Assembly (NCBI GenBank): GCA_001600815.1
Contig: BCKZ01000015.1
Coordinates: 434,001 to 498,000 of the forward strand
Length of the DNA stretch: 64,000 nucleotides
From: Alloascoidea hylecoeti
Taxonomy: Eukaryota
Reading direction: 5' to 3'
Within the stretch, counting starts at the first letter, position 1. The number at the start of each line of letters is the position of its first letter. Below the pieces are notes generated by a model. The model searched no databases and had not been told where the DNA came from. It saw only the letters and a program-made list of their open reading frames with translations. Below, piece by piece: positions 1 through 12,358 of the stretch. Position numbers and translations under genes: made by a program.

Positions 1-1
1 A

Positions 2-1474
2 GCTAGAGATTCATTGAATAAATTAATTCATGTTTTAAAAAATGGTGATTTAAAATCAAATTTATCCCCAAATTCGAAACAATTATTACAAAAATCAGAT
101 TGGTTGAAACATATTTCTATAATATTAGATGGTTCAAATTTAATAACAAAACAAATACATTATCAACATTCTCATGTCCTTATTCATTGTTCAGATGGTT
201 GGGATAGAACATCAATTTTATCAAGTTTATCACAAATATGTCTTGATCCTTACTATAGAACTTTAGAAGGTTTTATAATATTAATTGAAAAAGAATGGAT
301 ATCTTTTGGTCATCGATTTGCAGAACGTTGCGGTCATTTAAATAATTCTAAAAATTTCATTGAATTAAATAATAATGATGGTAATAATCAGGCACAAAAA
401 GCATTAATTAATGTTAGTAATAAATTAAATTTTGTTAATAATAACAATAATAATCAAAGTAATAAAAAAACAAATATCAAATTAACATCACCAATTTTTC
501 AACAATTTTTAGATTCAGTTTATCAAATAATTTTACAATTTCCAAAAGAATTTGAAATAAATGAAAGATTTTTAAGAAGATTATATTATCATCTTTATAG
601 TTGCCAATATGGTAATTTTTTATATAATAATGAAAAGGATAGAATTGATTCTAAACTTTTTAAAAAAACAAGAAGTTGTTGGGATTATTTTTTATCGAGA
701 AGACATCAATTTATAAATTCTAATTATTCTCCAACTTTAAGTGGTGATGTTGTTATTATTCCAAATTCAAAAAATTTAGAATATTGGTATCAATTATTTG
801 GTAGAAACAATAATGAAATGAATACCTTACTATCTGAAATTGAAGTTAATAAATCTCCTAAATCAAATTTGAATTTAAATTCAAAAACAAATTCAAATTC
901 AAATTCTAGAACTTCTTTAAATATTAATGAAGACCAAAATATAGCTCCTTTTAAAAATCAAAAACCTAGCACAACTGACGCGCACTTGATAGAATCATCA
1001 CCATCATCTTATACAGACAAGGTTAATGATACATCGTTTAAATCAAAAACCGAAGGACACGAGGATTACAATTCAATTGAGAATAAGGCAGCACCATTAA
1101 ATTCAAATAGGATCCCATCTAGATCACGATCAAATTTAATTTCAAATTCGGAAATACCCTTATCGAATGAAGATCCACTATCAAAACCGCTGGCCAACGA
1201 ACTAAAAAACATTAATACCCCGCCTGTTAAAATAACAGGTCAATTTCAAGATATGTCTTTAGATGGTAATTATGATAAAATAGTTTCTAAGGTCAACGAT
1301 AATGATAACGGAAATGATGGATCCGTTCCAACCTTAAAGATTTTTTCAAATATTATTGATAAAATTAGTACTACGGTTAATAATTCATTAAATAATTCAA
1401 ATGATATTAATAATAATAATAGGAGGGAATATGATGATTTAGGATTTGTTGTTAGTGAGAATTGGAAGAAATAA
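2..1474 (+). CDS. YMR1: Myotubularin-family phosphoinositide 3-phosphatase, 5'-truncated by the window edge
   Basis: Catalytic motif HCSDGWDRT plus LDPYYRTLEGF, EKEWISFGHRFAERCGH and SPIFQQFLD. The frame is open from position 2. Low-complexity Asn/Ser tail. Confidence 0.93.
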   Translation, partial: ARDSLNKLIHVLKNGDLKSNLSPNSKQLLQKSDWLKHISIILDGSNLITKQIHYQHSHVLIHCSDGWDRTSILSSLSQICLDPYYRTLEGFIILIEKEWISFGHRFAERCGHLNNSKNFIELNNNDGNNQAQKALINVSNKLNFVNNNNNNQSNKKTNIKLTSPIFQQFLDSVYQIILQFPKEFEINERFLRRLYYHLYSCQYGNFLYNNEKDRIDSKLFKKTRSCWDYFLSRRHQFINSNYSPTLSGDVVIIPNSKNLEYWYQLFGRNNNEMNTLLSEIEVNKSPKSNLNLNSKTNSNSNSRTSLNINEDQNIAPFKNQKPSTTDAHLIESSPSSYTDKVNDTSFKSKTEGHEDYNSIENKAAPLNSNRIPSRSRSNLISNSEIPLSNEDPLSKPLANELKNINTPPVKITGQFQDMSLDGNYDKIVSKVNDNDNGNDGSVPTLKIFSNIIDKISTTVNNSLNNSNDINNNNRREYDDLGFVVSENWKK

Positions 1475-2537
1475 TTTTTATTTGTTTTGAAAGTTTTTTT
1501 TGTTGTTGCCGTTGTTGTTGTCATCGTTGTCGTTATTAATTATAACGCTGTTAACGTGGTTGCTAGTGACGATTTATTGATTTATTTTGTACTTAGTACT
1601 TATTGATATTGCATTTTCTTTTTTGGCCTATACATTTATTTATTCGTTAGTTTATAATTTTGTTTGCTTATTGCAGTTGATCTTGTTAATCAATTATAAT
1701 TGGAGTTATTGTTCAATTGAAAGTAATATTAGGGATGAGTTCGAGAATTGAAAAAAATCATAATATAGATCTAGAACAGAAAAAAAAATATAAAATTATT
1801 AACAAACACAATTCCAATGAAAATGAAAATTTAAAAAAAATTCTATAATCTAGATTTAAGGTTAAAGGATTATAATTAATGTTTGTTTCTAATTATAAAT
1901 ATTAATTGCGATAAAATGTTTACAATTAAGCTTAAATGTGATACATAAATGTATTTAAAAATTTATTCATTTGTTTATACAATCATGAAATATTTTAGAA
2001 ATATTTCCTTATTAGTAGTCACTCCAATAACATGTCAAATAAGATCTAGAATCTAGATCCTTTCAATATAATAACGTCCTTAAAACAACGGATTGCAACT
2101 ATGATGACTTGTTTGATCATTGCCACAGGGCCACAGCCAAATTAGTTGTATTTTTTAGTCGTTTTCCTTCATATTAATTTTACAATCACATTTCAATTGA
2201 AATATAAACATTTATTATAATTAAATAATATTTTGGTTTGTAATTTTGTTTTAGATAGGAGATATTTTGTACTCATAAATACTCACCAAACTCATGATCA
2301 CCACCGTAAAAGAATTGGTACACAAAACCGTTTACATAATAATTCTACAAAATTATAATTCTTATAAGAAATCTACGAGATCTATTCCAATTAAATTCAA
2401 CCATTGTTTACCATATTTATTCATAATTATAATTAATTATTTGTATTTCAATTTATTGTTAATCTTATAAAATGAAATGAAAATCTCCCGATTTTACAAA
2501 ACCAACTTTCTTTACTTCTCATTACTTTGCATCGAAA

Positions 2538-3587
2538 ATGAATTTCAAAAGTTTCAAAACAGGTCCTATCACCGTTACTTATATGAGTATACCAGCAGAC
2601 TATAAGAATTTTAAGGCTGCTGGATTATGGAAGGAAAAAGATCTAGGTACCGGTGTGACAAAATCAAAATCACATGCTGACCATGACTCTAAAACAAATC
2701 AGTTATATAAAAAATTCCTAAAAACAAAGGTAAGATGATGTATAAAATTGAGGTTGATGGAACTAATATATTAACATTATTTGAAATTTCTAGTCAGAAG
2801 AAGAACGAGAGAAACTCTTATCTACTTTGACAAATGATGAATACTGTTGTCCAGTTTGTCTGGAAACTATGTATGCTCCGTTTATCACTCCTTGTGGTCA
2901 CACACACTGTTACAGTGTAAGTCATAATTATTTTTAAAATTGAAAATTAATGGTTTGATCGGCAAAAAAGGATCTCACAATTTTTTTTTAATCACCAATT
3001 AAGAGTTACGATTAATCGTATACTAACTATTATCGTGTTTTAAATCAATTAAGTGTGCTCTAGATTGGTTCAAACGTCAAGGGGACTGTCCATTATGTCG
3101 AACAAAAGTCCCAAGCTCTCCAAAGCTAAATCAAAAATTATTAAACATTGTAAATATTTACTTCGAAGCTTCTCTAATACTAAATAAAGATCCTTCAAAA
3201 ATAATAAATGAGAAAAAAAGATTAACTAGTTTATATCTAAGTCATAAAGCAAATAATCAACTGTTTTTAAACCTATTCAGATCTCCAGCGAAATCATATC
3301 GTGATTGTTTAGGTTATAAAAGATGTTCAAATTGTGACTTTTTAATTAAAGATAGGAAGAAATCAGTATGTGAACATTGTGGAATCGAAATTGAAAAGAA
3401 AAGAAAACAACATTCAACAAGATCTTCAACTTCTTCTTCTTCTAATAATAATAACAACGTTAACAACATCAATAATAATGATAATGATCAATCTGGCCAT
3501 AGATCAAGACATCGACATCATCGCAGTCGCAGTCATCATCATCACCACCATCACCGAAATCACACTAGTCAGGCGATTGAAAGTTAA
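2538..3587 (+). CDS. C3HC4 RING E3 ubiquitin ligase, Psh1-like. Exons 2538-2729, 2794-2916, 3054-3587 (282 aa)
   Basis: Introns GTAAGA..TAG and GTAAGT..TACTAAC..AAG join CPVCLETMYAPFITPCGHTHCYS|CALDWFKRQGDCPLCR. A second Cys cluster (RCSNC...CEHCG) and a His/Arg-rich tail follow. Missed by the ORF track. Confidence 0.85.
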
Positions 3588-5784
3588 ATTCACAAATTCA
3601 CAGCTACTTTATTTTGCGACTGAAATTCATTCTTATGATTCATTTTATTTATAATTGACTTGATTTGCTATACTTATACCTTATTTGTTTATTTTCAAGA
3701 GTGTATTATTAGGGATTTTTGCTTTCAATTGCTATTAATTACTTGTTATCAACTTGCAATTGTATCTTTCTTTCTTTGTCTTTGAAATTTGTTTTTATGA
3801 TGTTAATTATAATTTAATTATTTGATCACGACTAATTCATATATTTATAAAATTTACACTTTAAAGCTTGCAAATAAATGCTCCCTCCGGATCCTCTAAC
3901 TCCTTTATTTTTCTTCTTATTCTAGTCTAGTTGTTTCTCTTATTATTTAATATTGTGTTTTAATGTTAATGCTATCTACTATAAAATATAAGAAATATAA
4001 TATATTTTAACACACCACAAATGTTGTAAATTTTAAAATATTAATTAATTAAATGAAAAGCTTAAATATCCCCTATTCGTATCACCTCGGTAATTTATAG
4101 TCTCAGCCTGCTTTCAGGTGCTGCGTATCTCTAATTTTATAATTAAAATCTGTAAAATTATAATTATATTCACATGAGATCTTATACTGGTTCATACCAA
4201 GATAATCCAATGTTTAATATTCTGCTAGAAGTGTAGTGTCTATCTATATGCCTATATAGCTGAATATATATATATAACAACTAGTATCAAGCAATGCATC
4301 ACAACAAACCAATTGCTAGTACTCTGGAAATAGTGTTCTAACCAAGGTACTTTAAATCACTATAACGTTCTAAACGGTCGCAATATCTTAAAGGAAGCCT
4401 GTCACACAACGGTTGTCATTTATGTATATGCTGTCAAAGAAGTTCTAATTATAATCATACACGAGTAAAGGGCCGTTTCTAGGATATCGATGTATACCTA
4501 CCTACCTGGTATGTATTATAAGCAGGCCATAAATAAACCCCAACTACCTTGGTTATCTCTTATATTGTATTATTGATTATAACTAATTAGTATACTGCAT
4601 ATTGAATAACACAATTGCAATAGATTATATAAATTTATATTTACACGCATGGCAACTACAGTTATATCATATACCGGCACATATGTTATTTTACATTCGT
4701 TTCTCCATTCATCACCCGGATGATGAGAGTTCCATTTCCCTAAAAACCCTATTGGTATAAGTTATACAGTGTAAATACGTAGATCAGATACTACCCGAGC
4801 GTTTTTCCAACTAATTTAGAGCGTATATGATCTCAGATATACCATATATATATATACAATCATATAATAAGACTACAATTATAGAGAAATATAAATCTAA
4901 CTCGTAACTAAATCTCCAATATGGTTCTAGATCATTTCAGCTTGATTATATGTATATTGATCTAAAGATAGTCTTAGATACAACTGAAAGGACTAAATAT
5001 ACACACATGTATACGTATACTAGTACTACTCCTTATAACCAAGCTTTAATTACAAGCTTCTTTAAATGCAATTGATATTATTAAGTATTAAGGCTTCATT
5101 AAAATGGGCCAGGGTGTTGTGACGATATCATTTCTAGTACTACGTATACTTTTAAGTATACTAGTACTGCTATATTTATATACTAAGCCTTCACAAAATG
5201 GCCAACTTCTGCCCATGACCATTAATATTATACTAGTGTATATTAATCATTTTTGTATTATCTCCATTTCTAATTCGTTACTATTAATTTCTTTTTTGTA
5301 TCCACGAGAAACCAAACACTTTAACAGCTTATTACTCCATCAGAAAAGTTCACCGTGATCATGAAAAGTCGTAATTACAATTGTAATTGTATAGATAATT
5401 GACAAAAATGGTATTATAGCTTACAAACTATCTACCAACATAAAAGTCTACCAGGATGAAAAAGGCTATCAGAACGTCCAAATTTGAATTGGAAAACCAG
5501 TAACAAATATAAATTATTAAAAATAGTACTAAAATCTACTTAATCTCATAATATTGATAATATGCCCAATATTCAATTTTGTAAATTTCGTTATAGTGTG
5601 AAATTCTTCTGCGATTTGGTGTATTGAACTCACTATCTTGAAGTTCCCGACACACCTCTATCTTGGTTATCTCTGGATATGTAATTAGTGCTCTTCCTCT
5701 TTTAGTTTTAGAAGTCTGAATTCCACTTCGAATAGTTTTGAGGAGAACTTCGAGCACTGCGGTGGAACTTTGAGCTAGCACAAG

Positions 5785-5982
5785 TCATTGGATGTGTCAT
5801 GCTTTGGATCGCTAAAGAGAAGGTAGAAAACTATTTACGAGAAGCTAGTAACAAATCCTACCTGCCACCTGCCTCAAAAAAAGGATTTCGATAAAATATG
5901 CCAGAATGCAAGTTCTAAAGTTATTCCCTCTAAACATATTCCATTGGGCTTTGCAACAATTGGATCAACTTTCTTAATCCCC
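5785..5982 (+). mobile_element. Degenerate pogo/Fot1-type DDE transposase fragment
   Basis: Translates SLDVSCFGSLKRR*KTIYEKLV...KKDFDKICQNASSKVIPSKHIPLGFATIG, resembling the pogo/Fot1 QPLDVxCFxPLK...DF...A...NIxxGFxxTG block. In-frame TAG at 5824-5826. Confidence 0.65.
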
Positions 5983-7590
5983 AGAAGAAACTATCGAAGC
6001 TCGGTTTGGCAAGTGAAAAGTAGCTCAATATGCCGAATCGTAGAAACACGATCGCACCACAATAATATTTAGAAAACTAATATCGAGTATATATTTTCTA
6101 AATTATGACACCAAGTAAATTTTTGATAATACTATTTTCAATAGTTATATTTGTTGGTGGTTATGCACAATGAAGATTTCCTAATATGGCGAGTGATTGA
6201 TAAGTAACCATAACTGTTTTCCAATGATATTGCTTTTGAAAATTCAACCTTACTTCTGATTTGGTATTTTGAACTACTATGTAAAAGTGAGAACTGTAAT
6301 ATACCAATATAAAATATAAAATATAATATAATATATTATTAGTAATAAGATTCCTGTTGCACTGTTCATTTGCTATTTCCTCTTTAAAGTATCTTCCATT
6401 TCTGGAATATCATGCAAAAAATGTAAAATATAGTTTAAACAGAGGTGGTAACCAAGCTTAAGGTATTTTGAAAAATATGGTATATAAAAGTATCTATTCC
6501 TTATCTATTCCATGCTTAAAAACGCGATAGCAATTAAATGTAATTTCAAATATCAATTAGTGAATTTATATTTAATCTTTTTAATTACTAATAACCTTTT
6601 GAACTAGTACTTTTAATAATTTCTAATTTCAAACCTCATTTGATATGTAACTTTTTACTACAACACATGGTTTGGAAGCGATATAATTCTACTTGTATAT
6701 TGATCAATATCAAATATATATTACGATTTCTACCAGATTTAACCTTTTTATTATCATTTACCGGTTCAACGGACTTACGCTTATAATCAGTATACATTTC
6801 TCAGTAATTCAAGGCCAATTTGGTTCTGCTCATGAGTTTAAACTTCCACTCTAACTTCGATTGCGACTTATAATTCAGAAAAGTATTTATATTCTAAATT
6901 GCCTTACCTTTTTTTTTTTTCCTTTGACTCAATCACTCTAAACCAGTATCAATAATTATCGACTTTACCTTTACTATATATTATTAATAAACACTCACTT
7001 CTAGATGTTGATGAATAAACATCAGATTTGATATAAATTAGCGCTGTGAAATGTTGGAGTTTCATGAAGAAATATCACAAAAGCGAATTGTTATCTCCTT
7101 TTTAACATTTCTCTTGTTTTTTTTTGTTTGGTAAAAACCATATTTAAATTCTCACGGGTTCGTGAAGGCCAAGTTTAAAAAGAATATTTTTATAGTTTTA
7201 CCGAGTGATTTACTGTGTGTCAGGCTCTATCTTATAAATTACACAACAGACATACGACCAATAATTTATATCATATTCCCACTAAAATAAATAAAAATAA
7301 AGACAACATGACTTCCTCCTATAAATATAAACTAATTCCCTAAACAAAAGAAACAATATTTGCCTTACAGTTTTATAATAAAAAATTTAACAATATCTAT
7401 CAATAACTAAATAATCTCCATAATTATTTTAGTATTAGTTAACTCTGTAACGAAAGTAATAATACAAAATATAATAAGTAAATTTTTTTCTTTCGATCCT
7501 TTTTAACTTAAAGAATGCTCAAAAACAGTATCATAAATCATAAATCATTTAAAATGAATGCTTGTTTAGATAATATTATTAATGATAGAC

Positions 7591-10497
7591 CTATATCTCA
7601 TTTTCAACCTCAGATTGCGTCTCACCAAGATCCTCATCGTTTTTATAAGTTGGTTTTTTCCCCTCTCTATAAGAGTTCATCACTTGTTCAAACTCTTCAC
7701 CTCTTTTATTCCAAATGGATTCTTCAACTGGTGATCTCTTAGCTATACTACTATAGCTGATGTTAGGATCATTAATATATGTTGAATCAGTATTAATCGC
7801 TTCAAGAGATGCGCTACCATTAGAAGTCAAAGAGGTTGCAGTACTTATAAATGTTTTATCAGATGCTGTACCAGATGATGCACCAGATGACGTACTGTCC
7901 TTTCTACCCAATGAAGAATCATTGTCATTGATTTTATCATTATCAATGTTATCATTCTTATCATCATCAGCGGTACCATCATCATGATTATCAACATTTT
8001 GAATAATATAATCTTTTGTTGACAAAAATCCAGTTAGTCCAGTACTTGCTGTACTAAAAGTGCCAATTGTAGTTGAACTAAAATTTCTGTTCATAACTTT
8101 CAGGACAGTATCTCCAACCATATACCCATTTAGCATAAATTTCTTAATCCCTAATTGATCCAATGCAATCGTATCTGAACTAGATTTTTTCTCTAAGATT
8201 TCCTTGATTTTCTCAAGATCAATTTCATTTGTATTTTCGATCTTAATATTTTCCATATTTTTATTGAGATCAATATAGATATTTTGATTCTTATAACCCT
8301 TATCGCTTGCAGAATTATTAGCCGGATGAACAACAGGACTATTTGACTTCCTGACTTCTGCTAATACTTTTGCTCTTCTGTATGAGCATGTCCTTGTATA
8401 CATACTTGTATCGTTATCACTGGGTATACTAATCTCCGGCCTTTTAGGATTATTGAAGACTTTATTTGAATGCATAATTGATGATGATGAGTCAAATTCT
8501 TCCTCACTTAGTTTAGTACTAACACTATTTTTGTGTGTACGATGTTGAGTTTTTGATAGCGTTCCAGCACATAAATATTCATAATCCCTTGACTCTTCTA
8601 TACGTTTTTCAGCAGTGATGCTATCAATAGTATCATCTTTTGTATTTGACTCTTCCAGTTTATTTTGATGTTCATTATTTTTATCATCTTCTTCAATTTG
8701 TTGTTCTAAGTAGTAAAATGGATCCTTCCTATATTCATATTTAATGGATGACATTCTTCTTGGTCTATAAGGATAGACTGGTTTTTTTTTTAAACTAGAT
8801 GACCTTGATACAAAGAAATTGGACTCATTAGTACAGTAGGAATCATTTGTTGATATACAACTAACAGGAGAATATGAATGTCTATTAATTGCAGGAGATC
8901 TTGGTGAATTAAAATTTCCAACTGGCGATGAAGTTGTTGCTTCACGGTTGATTGAATTAGTAAAATTTGTATATGATTGAAAATTGATAGAATTACTCCT
9001 AATCGGTTTATGTTCGGGGATCTTAGAAAGCTCAATAATATCCGGTGATTGAGGCGGTGTTTGGAATGAATTATGGTGTCTGTCATTATTTGAAATTGAA
9101 TTTTTTGTCCTTAATGGTATAACAGAGGATGAATTATTATAAGATGTTTTGTTAGATAATGATGTATTAAACCGTAAGTTTTCAAAATTATTTCTTCTGA
9201 ATTCACTATTAGGTTTAGTTATGGGTGGGTTGAGACGGCCATGATCATACAAGTTAGATGTTTCAACAATAGGCCTATTATCTTTCTTTTCTTTTGGATC
9301 TTCACTATTAAAAAATGAATTATTAATTTCAGCAATTGAGTAATCTTTTGTTCCACATGATCGAGCCTTATTTTTAAATAAATTCATTTGAAATTGTCTA
9401 TCATCAGAATCAATATGATTATTATTCATATTTGCATTGAGTGCTGTTGGCGATTTTGATCTAGAATTTGCTGAAGAATTAAACGTCAAAACGCTAGAGC
9501 TATTCATATTTCTTCTTATATGTGCTCTCATCAAACCACCAGATACATTACGGTAGTTTCTATTGCCATTTCCTTTTCTATACTTATATGAGTCAATTGT
9601 TGATTCATTAAACAATATTGGGTTGGGTTTTAATAAAAATTCTTTGTTTCTAATATCATAATCAATACTCATATTGGAATTTTTTACTTCACTTTCAGTT
9701 GCAGTAGTATATTCTTCAAATTCCGAATCAGATGAATCGATTATACCATCATGACATATCATTGAAGCTCCATCATCGTCTTCTTTTTTGGATTCATTAT
9801 AATCATAATTATCATAATTAATACTTCTAGATCTGTTTTTAAGAGTATTTTTGGGACTGTATACTCTTTGTTGAAACTGCCCTTTATGTTTAGGATTAGA
9901 ATGACTTTTATGGTATCTATTTGGTAAAGTAGACGTACTGTTACCTTGAATTTTTGGTTTTACATTTTGTCTGGGCCTTGGGGCAACAGTAGTCGATTGC
10001 AATTGTACTTGAAATTGTCTGATGCTCTGCCTCTTTACGTTAGCCACAGGCGTAGATATTCGTTTAATATTAACACATTTTTCATTAATTTGTAATTGCT
10101 TTAAATGTTTTTCTATTTGAATTAAATTCCGGTTATTTCTTCGTACACTATTACCTTTCTTTAATCTTTGTAATTGTAGTTTCGCATTAGACAATTTTTC
10201 ATTATTATTCCCAGTTGTATATTGATAGTCTTCAGTAAATGGTTCAATAACTTCAACAATCCTTTCCTTCTTACTACTATTTTTTAATTTTAATGAATGG
10301 AATGGATTTGGAAAACAATGGTTCTAGATCAATATTCATACATCAAAGTATTTGATTTGTTAATAAAATAATATGGTGTATCACAACAACAACTCCAGGA
10401 TGCATACCTTTAAGTTTAATTCTTTGTTATCGTTTAATCTTGAACTCAAATCTTTTGGTATTTTTGAAGATCTTCTGAAGTTTGGAAGACATGACAT
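7591..10497 (-). CDS. Large Ser/Asn-rich, probably disordered protein of unknown function. Exons 10497-10408 and 10323-7591 (~940 aa)
   Basis: The 867-codon ORF extends open upstream to a TAG acceptor at 10324-10326. A GTATGC donor at 10407 joins the in-frame ATG exon MSCLPNFRRSSKIPKDLSSRLNDNKELNLK. No recognisable domain. Confidence 0.8.
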
Positions 10498-11240
10498 TTT
10501 CTTTGTAATTTTCAAAATACGTTAAAATACCAAAAAATCTATATTTAATAGAATCTTTCTTTTTGATGAGAAAAGAAGGGGGGAAAAGAGGTTCAGAAAG
10601 CAACAGAATGAAGCGGATATATATAGGTATTAATATATTTAGCGACAATAAAACAACCCAGCATATAAATTATATTCACTTACTTCTATAAAATATTTAC
10701 AATTAATAATTATATAGGAAGAAGAATCCTGAGACAGATTGTCATTCACGGAACAGATGCAGGCCTTGATTCGTTATTTATTTATTTATTTATTCATTTA
10801 TCGTTTTAATTCTAATTAGTTATTTTTGCAATGGCTGGTCGTTTACAAGAAATTGGAAGTTTCTGTTGAATTTTAAAACAGATGGCGTGCAATAAGCAGC
10901 TCTAACTGATTTCTATTAATATACAGTGAAACTCAAAATCACTGCCTTAATTATTAATATTATAGTACTCGTGATTTCTACTTCATGTCAGGGCTGTAAC
11001 TACACTTCACCTTCAACGAACAAAATATTTATTATATCTACGCCATCTTTGAACTTTTATAATTAATTTATTCTGAAACATTGCAATATTTTGCAATATT
11101 AATGCCAAATCGCCAATATTGATTGTTATCAGCATTGATTCAGCGATATGCACACTGTGGTCGGGTAATCTTGTGTTTTACATCATGTGACCTTGGTAAA
11201 ACTTGAAAAATTATTTATCTTATTTTCATTTGGACAGAAA

Positions 11241-12308
11241 ATGACTAAGATTAAAGAAATCAGTGATGATATATCGAAGATTATTATTCAGCAAGACAAA
11301 GAAAATGATATAACTAATTCCGTAACAATCAAGCATGAACTGGCAGACCAGAAACCATCATTAGATCAACGCATATCAAGATTAGGCCGAGATAAACCTT
11401 TCGATTTTGGTACAAGAGTTTTAAAGGATGATAATGAAGTTTGGAATCATAATGCTTGGGATCATGTTGAATGGGATGAAGAACAGACAGTTGAAGCGGA
11501 GCTGAAAATTCAAAAGCAAAAGGAAAATCCTGTAAAAGATTATTATAAAAAATTATATATGAATCAACCTGAAAAATATTGGGATTTATTTTATAAAAAT
11601 AATAAAGATAATTTCTTTAAAGATAGGAAATGGCTAAATATTGAATTCCCTCTATTATTTGATCTACTGAAGCCAAAAAAGGAAGAAACTAATAATGATC
11701 AACAAATTATATTAGAAATTGGATGTGGTGCTGGAAATACTTTATTTCCATTATTGGAACAAAACGAAAATGAAAATTTAAAAATAGTTGGTGTTGATTT
11801 TTCAAAAGAAGCAATTGAAGTGGTAAAAACTGATCCTAAATATAAAAAATATAATCAAACAAATAATACTTTTGCGGCTGTTTGGGATTTATCAAATCCT
11901 GAAAATTCATTACCAGATACAATTAATCCAAATTCTGTTGATATAATTGTAATGATCTTTGTTTTCAGTGCTTTATCCCCCGATCAATGGGATTCCGCCA
12001 TAAAAAATTTACAAAAAATGTTAAAACCAGGTGGTAAGATTTTATTTAGAGATTATGGTCGTTATGATTTAACGCAATTAAGATTTAAAAAAGATCGGTT
12101 ATTAGATGAAAACTTTTATATTCGAGGTGATGGTACAAGAGTGTATTTTTTTACAGAAGAAGAATTGAGAAATATATTCTGTAATAATGATCATTGTAAA
12201 TTTATCGAAAGAAAAATTGGAACAGATAGAAGGCTATTAGTAAATAGAAAAAGAAAGATAAAAATGTTTAGAATTTGGTTGCAAGGTGTGTTTGAAACTC
12301 CATTATAA
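11241..12308 (+). CDS. TRM140: tRNA m3C32 methyltransferase (Trm140/Abp140, METTL2/6 family)
   Basis: WNHNAWDHVEW, FFKDRKWL, SAM motif ILEIGCGAGNT, LFRDYGRYDLTQLRF, YIRGDGTRVYFF. First ATG at 11241. Confidence 0.93.
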   Translation: MTKIKEISDDISKIIIQQDKENDITNSVTIKHELADQKPSLDQRISRLGRDKPFDFGTRVLKDDNEVWNHNAWDHVEWDEEQTVEAELKIQKQKENPVKDYYKKLYMNQPEKYWDLFYKNNKDNFFKDRKWLNIEFPLLFDLLKPKKEETNNDQQIILEIGCGAGNTLFPLLEQNENENLKIVGVDFSKEAIEVVKTDPKYKKYNQTNNTFAAVWDLSNPENSLPDTINPNSVDIIVMIFVFSALSPDQWDSAIKNLQKMLKPGGKILFRDYGRYDLTQLRFKKDRLLDENFYIRGDGTRVYFFTEEELRNIFCNNDHCKFIERKIGTDRRLLVNRKRKIKMFRIWLQGVFETPL

Positions 12309-12358
12309 TTAATATAATATAAAGAATACATATATTTTGGGTCTATAGTTAATATCGA

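Noticed and set aside
3370..3654. 94-aa hydrophobic ORF
   Set aside because: Out-of-frame shadow of the RING gene's last exon.
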